From: Gnetum montanum
Lineage: Eukaryota; Plantae; Gnetophyta
DNA: 64,000 nucleotides
Direction of reading: 5' to 3'
NCBI GenBank assembly: GCA_015680685.1
Contig: MNCI01002989.1
Location: 331,484-395,483 of the forward strand
A program made the position numbers and the translations under genes. Position 1 is the stretch's first letter; every line of letters starts with the position of its first letter. This document shows, piece after piece, positions 1 to 10,474 of this stretch. Below the pieces are notes generated by a model that worked only from the letters and a program-made list of their open reading frames with translations, ran no database searches and was not told the origin of the DNA.

Positions 1-308
1 AAACTCTGGACGTTACTCTACTTAACCGGTAAGTTGTTGTTCACCCTTTTACCCTATTTTCATGTTTGTTGCAGCATCGTGGTTTGTATATTTTGGGTTC
101 TTATGTTGGTCAGGCGTTAATATCCATTTGTACAAACTAAACTATTGTTATGAAAGTTTAGGCGGTAAGGAATAAGGTTGTACAGAGATAATGTATAGTG
201 TATAGATGTAATGTAATTAGAGTTCTGTAATAATTATATATTACGTCAGAGTAATACGCAGCATTTTCTTTCATCGCTGTCGTCAGAGACGGACCTTGAG
301 CTGTTACA
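1..308 (+). mobile_element. Right end of an LTR of a separate retrotransposon (truncated by the window)
   Basis: TGTA-rich U5-like sequence ending ...ccttgagctgttaca, a canonical LTR terminus, followed by a compositional switch. Confidence 0.5.
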
Positions 309-445
309 AGGGTTTAGGCGGTTTTGGCTATGCACCTCCAGTATATGCTATAGTTTTCCAGGAATTGTGCAAGCCCTAGCATGGCATAACAAATATTCAT
401 GTCTAGATTTTGTCTAACAGTAGCACATTTATATCCTACAATATT

Positions 446-3400
446 ATGCTAAAGCCCGTCCTGATCGTTTTGAACATCGTGGGCGTTCTGTGCTGCGTTC
501 ATGTCCCCGCGGCCAATGTTCCTCCTCCTCATGCTCGTCTAAAGGAGGAGGCAGTGTGGTTCCGAAGAGGCGCACAGGATTTTTTGCAATTTCTGCTTTG
601 CAACTACAGCGTAATCGTCTTGTCACATCTACTAGGCGATGAAGCTGCAGCTATTTTAGAGATGTTATTGGTCGGTTCGACGCATAGCGTCTTAGCGTTT
701 CTATCAGACGGTGTGATTGAAACTATGCAGGTGCAAGACCGCGAACAGAATGTCAGGGGTTTAAGGCATTTAAGCTGGATCTGGAAAATGCTTAGTTTAA
801 CTATTATCACTCCTATAACACTCTATTCGTGGCCCGTCATCCCACAACTTATTTCTAGAATCCACCTGGTACCATGCATTATGCAGGTGGGTAAGTTTCG
901 CTTCATTTTGCAGTATTGTAATGCTAACTACTATTTAGATGCATATTGAGCGTAAAGAGTTGTTTATGCTTCTGGCATAGGTTTTTTAACAATGAAAGTG
1001 GTCTTATGGGCAATAATGATACATTTTCATTGGCTGAGAGTGCTATAAGGGAGTTTACCTCTATCAGCAACGTGCGGGCTATCGTCATGGGACATCTGGC
1101 ATTCGAGATCCCAGAATACCCTACCCGTTATGCTGACTTCTTTTCTAGGTGCAAGAAACTTGGATGGCTGGATAGGGAGTGGACTTTGGACCCTCCCCTT
1201 ACCTTTGCAAATGTTCAAAGGAAAATCCCTTCGTTTCCTTTACCTTTCGAGCTTGGTAAGCTTTGTCGTAATAATGGATTATGTCAATGTTGTGTGATGA
1301 TGATGTGAAATCGTCTTGGTTTAACTGTGGTTTCATGTTAATAGTCAGGGAATCACAGGAGATCACGATCATGGCTTCAGGTCGCGAGGCCAGCAGTCTC
1401 TTCTTTCGTTATGGTGACATAAAGGAGGCACAATGTTGGCTCGGCCATAGAGCAGCCCCAATTGTAGTAACCAATAACATTTGGGAAGCTGGACTGATGA
1501 ACCTTTTCTTGGCCATAACCCCTGATGCTACTGCAGGTGAAATGTTGACCCTAGTCAACTCCTTTAGCGAGGAAGTTGAGCGTCTCTGCATACGTGTACG
1601 TAATGTGTGCGTAAATTTTGACATTGATGTTCAGTTGTTTGCCGATCTCTTTAGCGTCCCCTCCGACGATTTTGCTATAGATGAAAAGTCGAAGAGAAGC
1701 TCCAAACTCCAGAAAGAGATAGAGGAGTGGCTAGGGGTTCAAAAAGAAACTAAGGGGATCCCCAGAGATAGGATTGAGTTACAGGTGGCCCATACCGTTT
1801 ACCCCCTTTTTTGGGCCTGGGCCTTCCCCAAGACACTCTCGCAAGGGAGATTCCTCACCATCGAGTAGGCCTGAATTATGCGAGAGGTCTTAGAGGAGGG
1901 GACACGATTCAATTGGGCAAGCTATTTTGCCAAAGGCTTGCGTGTTGAGATGGTCAGGCTTTGCCAGAAGCTTGAAACCCATTTCAACGTGCATTTTGCC
2001 TTCTTCATAGCTTACTGCAGACATTTTGCCGAATTTCTAGTGGTCCAGAGGAATGGGGTCTGGGTGTAACAAGATCTTAGCCAGATCTCCAAACCATGGC
2101 TCTCCCATATTTTTGGCACTGTCCAGTCACAAGACCCTCCTGAGAGGATCGGGGAGTCATTGTCAGTAATGACTAGAAGTATGGCGGCACCTCGAACGCG
2201 GGGCCAAGACAGTGTGGGTGGAGCATCCCCCTCTTACACCGGCGATGTGTCAAGGGGGAAGCGCGTGGCTGCTGAGATAGTGGATTCGTCAGTGCTGCGG
2301 AAAAGACCTCATTTCAACGAGGGATCTGCCGAGCCAGCGGGTGGTGTCGGGAAAAAGATGCAAATCAGGTTCCAGCGGAGTATTCTTCCAGACGATATGT
2401 GTCCAAATATGTTAGCGGTTATGATTTGCGTAGAGACTGTAGCGTAACATTTGTTGAACAAAAGTGGAATCTTTTGTTAACTAGTCATGTTGTATAATAG
2501 CGAGGGAAAAGGTTGTAGACCGGTTGACCCCTGAAACAGGGGCTATGGTCTTACGGCGTGGAGAAGGGGCCTCGGTCTCGGAAGAAGAGGCCCCAGTTAA
2601 TAAGGCGAGGAGTGCACAGCCTCCTGCGCGTGAAGACAAAATAGCTGTGGAGGATGCCGAAGTCCTTTCGGCTAGAATTAATCGAGGCAAGTGGTTTGTC
2701 GCTTGATAAAATTAATTTTTACTTTGTACTAGTTGTCGTAATATCTCAGTCATACCTTTCATCCTACATAATAGGTGAGCAAAGCGTGCCCTTGACAGTG
2801 GTGGCGACTCAATCCTGGGGGGAATTTCCTGATAAATTCGCATTTATGGAAGGGATCGTTCAAGATATGATCGGTCACTTAGAGCGAATCGATCCTGAAG
2901 TTGGTACGCTACAATCATTACGCGGAGGTTACTTTACTGCAGCATTACGCTACTTAGTTATGCCTAACTGTTATTTTCATGTTATTAGGAGCTCACCTCA
3001 GATGGGACCCGTCAGAGCCTATTGATTTAGACACTGTCGAGCCCTCATCAGAAGTGACCGTCATGCCGTACAACATTTACGATGAGATGCGTAAATGTGC
3101 TTTATGCTCAACTCGCTCCTTATGGGAATGTCAAGGCATAAACGAGGACCTCTGGAAGAGATTGCAGAGGTCGAAGAAGAAGAGAGTGGCTCTACGCGAT
3201 GAGGTTGGGGATCTAAGATCATGGAATGAATTCCTACAAGCCCAGGGGACGGGAAGTGAGGACTAGAGGACAGCTGTCATTGACTACGCCCGTTATTGGG
3301 CTGTCATCAGGAACAGTGTCCAAACTAATCGTGAACTGGTTGAACAGCGTATGCAAATGGACCTCCTTGCTCAGAAGAACCAGGACTGGAAGGACTTTAG

Positions 3401-4107
3401 CGCGAGTATTCAAGAGTAGGGGCAAATGCAAAAAGATCACAAACAAATCTACAAACAAGAAAGTGCTACCTACCGTCAACATTATAGGGACTCTGTCATT
3501 GAGGCTCAATCCCTTCGGCTGTTTCTCGACGTTATAGGTGCTTCCAAGGCATTTGAAAAGTTCCAGGAGCAAGTGACGGTGAGTGCCTCTCTGAAAAGGG
3601 AAGTGACTCTTCCTGGAGGTGAGACTACTATCCCTTCTTTCTTCCCTGAACCACCCCGATGGACTCCTGTGGAGAAGGGGAATGTCAAGTCTAGAACCAA
3701 TCTAGGGGACGGGGTTTGTTCTAAGCTTACCGAGGACGAAATCATGCGACATCTGTGGATCGGCTTAGAACAAGTCCCCTTTGCTGCTGATGCAGGACCA
3801 TCATAGGTAAGTTGCAGTATTATTACATTTTTGTTATACCTAGTTTTGACGACGATGTTAATCTATATACCATGTCTGGTCGCAGGAACGACTTGAGAAG
3901 ATTCCTCGACGGGATGAAGCTAATGAAGGTGGTGGTCCTCATGAAGAGGGTTTACAGGAAATAGAGCATATTGAAGGATCCCACGAAGAGGACCGTCCTT
4001 ATGAAGGGGTTCCTCATGCAAAGGGTGGCCTTTATGAGGACGACCTCCTCAGAGTAGAAGTTGAACTAAGGGATACAGGAGACAGCGGTAGTAAGGGGGA
4101 TGCATAA
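446..4107 (+). pseudogene. Multi-exon gene antisense to the gag-pro element: NIF/FCP1-like HAD domain + plant-transposon extra-ORF-like domain + coiled coil + acidic tail; disrupted
   Basis: Short GT-AG introns 891-980, 1256-1344, ~2928-2988 and 3807-3885 join successive ORFs. Peptides KPVLIVLNIVGVLC, VWFRRGAQDFLQFLLCNYSVIVLS, NTLFVARHP..NPPGT, FNWASYFAKGL. Contains several in-frame stops and frameshifts. Confidence 0.6.
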
Positions 4108-4354
4108 TGAATTAACCTCGTATTTTATTGTGGTATAACGAGACAAGAGACCATATTTCTTTCTTTTAACGTATTTGAGACAAATTTTGGTATTAGTGTT
4201 AATGTTCTTTTTGTTGTTTTCTCTTTATGTAAAATGTATCATAGGTTTTAACGTTATGATAAATTTTGATTAGTTTTAAAAGAATAGCGTCAATGTGCTT
4301 ACTAGTTCGAAACTGTCACGGGCTGTTCAATTGTCCAAACGTAAAGCATAAATG

Positions 4355-4845
4355 ACATTGCTAGTTTAAGGCCATTTTTGGGCCTTGTATAGTTTAAGGC
4401 CATTTCGGGCCTTTTTTAGTAGTTTAAGGTGCCAAGCGTAAATGCATTTCTGGTACATAGCATAAAGGAAATTCAAGTACAGAGCGTCAATGACATTGCT
4501 AGTTTAAGGCCATTTCGGGCCTTGGATAGTTTAAGGCCGTTTTGGGCCCTGGATAGTTTAAGGCTGTTTCAGGCCCTCTTTTTTTTTTTAGTTTAAGGTA
4601 TGAAGAGTAAGCGTAAATTGGATTCCGGTATAAAGCGTGAATGAAATTTGTGCTCCAAGCATAAATGGGATTGAGATACAAAGAGTAAATGGAATTGCTA
4701 GTTTAAGGCCATTTTGGGCCGTAGCTGATTCAAGTGCCATGTGTAAATGAAGTTGCTAGTTTAGGGCCATTTCGGGCCTTTGCGTAATTCGGGTGCGAAG
4801 TGTAGATAAGGTTGCTATTTTAAGGCCATTTCGGGCCTTTTGCGT
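4355..4845. repeat. Dispersed tandem array of ~24-bp hairpin units TAGTTTAAGGCCATTTCGGGCCTT
   Basis: About 10 full or partial copies near 4362, 4390, 4420, 4500, 4528, 4554, 4589, 4699, 4757 and 4817; AAGGCC/GGCCTT arms are self-complementary. Confidence 0.85.
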
Positions 4846-5224
4846 AGGAGTAAAGTAAATAGAAACGTAAAGCCAAGCACAAAGATAAACATGAGACTAG
4901 CTAGTGGAAAACGTAAGTACATGCGTAAACATAGGAAGTATAGACGATAAGCGTAAATAGAATAGATGATGAGACCGTATTAGTTAGGCAACAGTGCTAA
5001 CTCCATAATTGTTTCTTAATTGCTTTGATTTTCAACGACGCATAAGGACGGGGAGATTTATGGCCCTTCCCCTTCACATCGCAATCTTCCTCTGGGAATG
5101 GTAGTTCAGCCCAAGTCAGGCCGTCATCAACCATTGTTTTAGTTCGCTTGGGTACTTGGACAGGGGATGGATTCTCAGGCATTTTGATCTCTGACCCTTG
5201 TTCTGTCTCTATGTTATTAACGGC

Positions 5225-8200
5225 CTAAGGGGTTATTTCATCACCGCGGATAACGAATTCTCCTCCTGCGTAAGGCAAATGGATTTCCTGATGAATGGGT
5301 GATGAAACTACTCTCAGTTGGGCTAACCAAGACCTCCCAAGAATCAAATTAAATCCAGGCATTTCTTCGACCACGATAAACGTAACGTCTATGGGGAACT
5401 GGTCCCCTGCCACAAAGTTGATATGGACAGTCCCTTTGACCTGCACCCGTGTCCCATTGAACAACTTTAGACATGACGTTGTTGTAGGACTAATTTGATT
5501 CATCAAGCCTAATTTATCCACTATGGGATAAGGGATGACATTAGTGGTCGCCCCGTCATCTACATGTACTCTCTGGATTCGGTGTTGGCCGACCCGGATG
5601 GTGATGAACATGGGTGCTGTCGTCACTTGACCCTCAGGATTGTCCTTAATGGATTTGTCATAAAAGGTCAACGGGGTGGGATCTGTTTTTTTAGCGGCAA
5701 GGGGAAGCATGATAGAGTGAATTGCTTCTTCATCTGCTGGCAGGCTTTCATCCACAAGTATGGATGTTAGCATGCGAANGTCTGCTGGCAGGCTTTCATC
5801 CACAAGTATGGATGTTAGCATGCGAACCATAGCCTCACGATGTGTTTGCGACGTCATGAGCAAGTCATAAAGGCTCAATGTTGTATTTTTTTGTTTTAGA
5901 GCCTATTTGACTTGTGCCAGGGCATCAAAGAGATCTTGCCCATGATCGGGTTTTTTGTCACCATTTTCCTCCTCCATTCGCCCTAAGAGGTGAATTTCGC
6001 GGGGAGGAGTGACATTTGGCCAAGGGTTACACTTCCTTTGGCCTGGAGGAGATAATTGCTTTCGTGTAACCTCTTTGTTTTTGACAAGTGGGGCAAAAGG
6101 TGCAGAAGCAAGGCGTTGAGGTTTGGGTAACCCCAGCGTAAGAGGACCCTTAGCTGCATCAACATTGACAGTAGGTGGGTTTGACTTAGAAGATTTCCCT
6201 TGCGTAGGAGGGGCGGTTGATAGTTTTGGCACTCTGATGACTAAGGGTGCCTTGGGTGTAGGTGCGGGCTAGGCCGCGACTTTAATGATTGCAGGCTGTC
6301 GGGAAGCATTCTGAGACACAGTTTGAAGGATGAAAGGGTGCCTTAGAGTGCCACTCTTTGGTGTTGACGGACCCGTTGTTTGGGTCGAGTGAGGTTGCGT
6401 TAGCAACACAAAAGGCTACCTCAGCTGCGCCTAATTGTCACCCTCTATTCCTACCACGTTGATTGTGTACCCTGCGTTGTTTGTATTCAACGGATCTTGG
6501 TACACATGCATGGCCTTGTTTTCTGGGCGTGTCAGGCTACTGCTATCTAAGATCAAGTCACCTTGATCTATCAAACATTGGATGTCATCCTTCAATGCCC
6601 AGCAGTAGTCTGTGTCATGGCCGCACAATTGATGGTAGTCACAGAATCGGTCTAGCTTAAAGTTCTTAGGCACAGGCGATTCATTAGGTTGGGCTAAGGA
6701 GGGATTCTTGAGTAGCTCGCAGTGGTGCCTGTGGTGTTTCAGAGCCTTCTCAGACACCACCTTGTGTCGGATGTGGCCAGTTCCCAATAATTGCTTCAGA
6801 ATTTTTGAAGGCTTCACAGGTAGGGTTGTGTAATTTGAGCGATCTTTACGCTCAAATTTTAGCCTTGGTTGTGGAGATGTTTCAAGGGCAGAAGTAGCTT
6901 CTTGACCTGAGCTGGCTGTCGGCTCAGCTAACTCCGCGGTAGTTTTCTTGCCTTGTTGTTCTTTTTCTTGGCTCCTTCAGCAACCGCCACGACTGTAGTC
7001 GTCGTGACTTTGCCTTTGTCCTTACCCTTGCTGTGGGCGTTTTTGTAGGCCACATATGCTGGATCTTTACTAGCCTCTGCCGCGTCTTGGATGTTCTTAG
7101 TCTGAGCAAAGGCTTGGTTGAGGGAATGGGGGGCGAGGTAATATAGCTTAGACTTGATAAAGTCGTTGACTGCTCCCTTGAAGATTGTCAGTAGATGGGC
7201 CTCCACGATGGGTTCACGGATTTCATTCAAGGTGGCGCTCCACCGTTGTATGAACTTTTGGATTGACTCGAGCAGGTCTTGCTTAACTCCCATGAGCTGG
7301 TCCAGTGTGACTTCTGGCTTCAGGTTGTATTTGAAGCGAGTCACAAACTGGGTTAACAGCTCTTCCAAAGTTGAAATGGAGGCATGTGGAAGTGCTCGAA
7401 ACCAATTTAAAGCTTTACCCATTAAGGACATAGCAAAGACATGGATTATGGTATGCGGCCATTGTTGCAGCAATAAGGACTCTAACCTGAAAGTGACGAG
7501 GTGGGTGTTGGGATCACCTTCCCCATTGTATTTTGTGAAATGGGGAAGGGGTGTCCCGGGTGGCAACGACAAGACTGGGACTATTGGGCTAATAGGATCG
7601 TCATGGTAGAAATCCATGACTTGTACCGTGTTAGAGCCAGCAGCTTTGAGATGTTTGACCTCTTCTGTAAGGGTCTGGATGAGTTGGAAAGCTTGGTCCA
7701 GACCCGTAGACGACGATGTCGTTTGTGGAGCGGAAGGGGGAGCCACATTGGGTGGCGGCACAAAAGCAACAACTTGGCCGATGGTTGGAGGGATAGTCCC
7801 TATAGGCAGTGTTGCTTGCGGCATACACCATCTGGTGGTTGGTGCAGCTGGGGGAACCACCATTAGCTGCGCTATTGGATACGCTGTCTATGTAGCTGGA
7901 GGCACAGGCAGTGGCCCTACAACTGGGTTTAGCACTTGAGGGACGTGGCCCTGAAGGTGGGGATGGTGGTGCATTTGCGCAGAATGCACAACAAGAGACA
8001 TGTTGGGAGCCCACCATGCTATGGTGGTAGGCCCTATCATGTGAATAGGGAGCGTAGTTGGCATTGCAAGTATTGCATGCCCATGCGATGGCACAGGCGC
8101 AGACACACGATGCAGCGACTTAGGCAATCGCGCCTGCTGAGGTATAATCTGTGATGGACCTTCACCTGGGAAGATAGTCAGTGAGAGAAAATGTAAACAC

Positions 8201-8762
8201 AGTGAATGTGGGACTCGATCAGTGTTAGATAACGTCAAAGGTGTGGTGACCATGAACAACGGATTTACACGAGACGTTGTGGAGGGAGGGGCCATGGTGA
8301 AATCGACATGACTGCCTCCCTCAGAGTGGGATTCTAGATCATCTTGTCTGTCGTGAAGCATTTCATTATGGAATAAAGTCTTTAGTTCTTCCGACGATGT
8401 CTGTGCCATCAACATTTGATCTAGGATCCACCTTTGTTAATCTGTCAAGGGTATGAAAGTGGTAGGCGTAAGAATGAGTTCTTTCCCGTTGCGGTACATG
8501 AGCTCGTACTCTCGTTTTTCCTCGAGCTCTTGTGGGTACATAGGCAGGTTTGCCATAACTTAGCATAGAGGAAATTGTAGCTTTCCCTACGCTGAGACTG
8601 TCCCTCAAGCTCCTTGTTTTGTAACATGAGGCAGCGGCGTGATTGCACCAGACTGAGTGGTTGCTCGACCATGGGAGGCGTGACTTGCATGGTAGGCATG
8701 ACTTGCATGGTCCAAGGGTTCTCAAGGCTAGTGGTGTCAATGGCAGTAGTTGATGTAGTCAT
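5225..8762 (-). pseudogene. gag-protease polyprotein, broken by TAG stops and frameshifts
   Basis: ORFs 8445-8762, 7888-8415, 6928-7863, 6431-6817, 5903-6232 and 5225-5878; the last three are in one frame. Confidence 0.85.
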
Positions 8763-9102
8763 TTTTTACACAATTCGGAGATAATGACAACAAAAGTAGA
8801 GATCGGAAGGACAAAGGCGAACTAAGATAATAATCAGGGCTTTTATCTTGTAGGACTCCAAAGGAATCGTCGAAGCGACCGATCTGCATCACACAGTTTC
8901 GTAAACAACCTCGGAAGTATTACGTTTATGTTGATTGCCAATGGGTACAGACAGCTTACAAGACTACCCGTAAAATACGGATCGGATATGAAGGCCCTCC
9001 TTCTAGCGCCAGAAAACTGTAACGATGGAAAACGTCGGTCGCTAGAAATACCGAACGAAAGTCCATGTACACAGTTCCAACCCCGGATCCATGCGAGCAC
9101 CA

Positions 9103-10474
9103 TGCTGGAGAGAAAAAATGAATCCGAGGTGCCCTAAACGGTCTTGTTAATCAAACAAGGACTTATTTAATCAGTAAAAGGTTTGGTAATAATTTTGATG
9201 GAGAAATGGAGATTCTTTATAAAGCGATGCAATGTTTTTAATCCTGAAAGCAATTGAAGATAATGCAAATGATTTAGATAAGATTGCTAAATCCGTCTAA
9301 CTAGGATGCAGGAGATCAGATTTGGTAGATAATATGATCACAAGATCTAGGATTTAATTTATGAAAAACAATATGTTTGATACAATGACTTCAAGCGTGC
9401 TTCGGTTTGGACGAAGCATATGCCAGTAACAAGAAAGTTATGCAAAGATGAAACAAGCGAGGATCGATCTACCTTGATCTAGTCAATCTGGGTGCAAGGA
9501 AATCAGACCTGTGGGAGAATATCCGGTAGCCAATTGTTTCTGATCAATAATTCTTGTCAATCACCTCCAACATTCTCACGATCGCTAATTCTCTTTTGCT
9601 CTCTTGCCAATCTTGAAAGAAAAATTTTGTCAACCCCCCTTGATCTTCGTCAACTGGAGCATTTATAAGGTCAAGGTCAGGAGAAAAACGCGGTTTAAGT
9701 GACGCGTGTCCTGAACTCATAAAATGTCATTGACTCAATGTGTTGTTGTTAAAGCTTACGACGCTATGCTGCGTAACGCGTCGTAAACTACCCTCGTGTG
9801 AGTTTTGATAACAGACTATCCTTTGATTATGCTGAAATACGCTAGAGAGCGTATTATGGCGTATAAACTATTGATGTCTGAATTGTGCTTGTCGTTACTT
9901 GAATTAAGCTGCATTACACTAAATTACGCATCGTAGCGTAATTCAGTGTAAAATAACGAAACCGCAAAAGTTGAAGTGTTGTTGCCATGCTTCCTCTGTT
10001 TCAATCTTTCTCGGGGTTTTTACTACACTGCACTGCGTAAAGCAGCATAATGGGCCCCTTAACCAGGAAAGAAAACCTGCTGAAACGCGCGTCATAGTGC
10101 AAACTGTTGCTTAGGCCTTGAGATTTTTACTGGGCTATCGAAGTATTTCATGTTTGCCATCCTTGATGTTGTGGTGGACTGTCTTTGATATTACGCTGCA
10201 CAATGCGATATTACTCTATGTAGCGTAATATAACGTAATTTGCCAAAAGTTAAGATTTTCAAAATAGATAACTTGCGAAGTTGGAAGTTTTGCCACCATG
10301 CATCCGTCGCTTTGCTCTGTCCTCTGGAATTTGCTTGTGCTGTGCTACGCAGCATGGCGGGACAAACCTTAGACTGAAAAGAAACTTGCTGCGCCGCGCC
10401 TTGTTGTGACCCTTCACCTGAATCACCAGCCTTTTGCTAAACCTCTGAGGCCTTGAAATTTTCATGGTGTTTCA
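9103..10474 (-). repeat. Putative 5' LTR (~1.37 kb) of the gag-pro element
   Basis: On the minus strand it starts TGAAACACCATGAAAATTT, exactly at the junction with a different gag copy, and ends ...ctctccagCA followed by TGGTGCTC (candidate PBS). TATA (ccttataaat) at 9661-9670. Confidence 0.55.

Larger units (their letters stand above)
4997..10474 (-). mobile_element. Ogre/Tat-like Ty3/gypsy LTR retrotransposon (5' LTR + gag + protease; no pol visible); 3' part probably extends toward or past the window start
   Basis: Gag motif PHFTKYNGEGDPNTHL...ALNWF, knuckle CDYHQLCGHDTDYC, SLYDLLMTSQTHREAM, protease RVHVDDGATTNVIP...FNLILGRSWL; LTR-like block with TATA. Confidence 0.85.

Noticed and set aside
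4355-4845. CRISPR array
   Set aside because: Plant retroelement context, spacers irregular (3-60 nt) and similar to each other, no cas genes.
5733-5826. Perfect 46-bp duplication in the protease-proximal ORF
   Set aside because: The copies flank a single N (5779) and the paralog at ~11720-11770 has only one copy; this is a contig-overlap assembly artefact.
7154-8154. Plus-strand ORFs of 72-151 aa
   Set aside because: Antisense shadows of the GC-rich gag frame.
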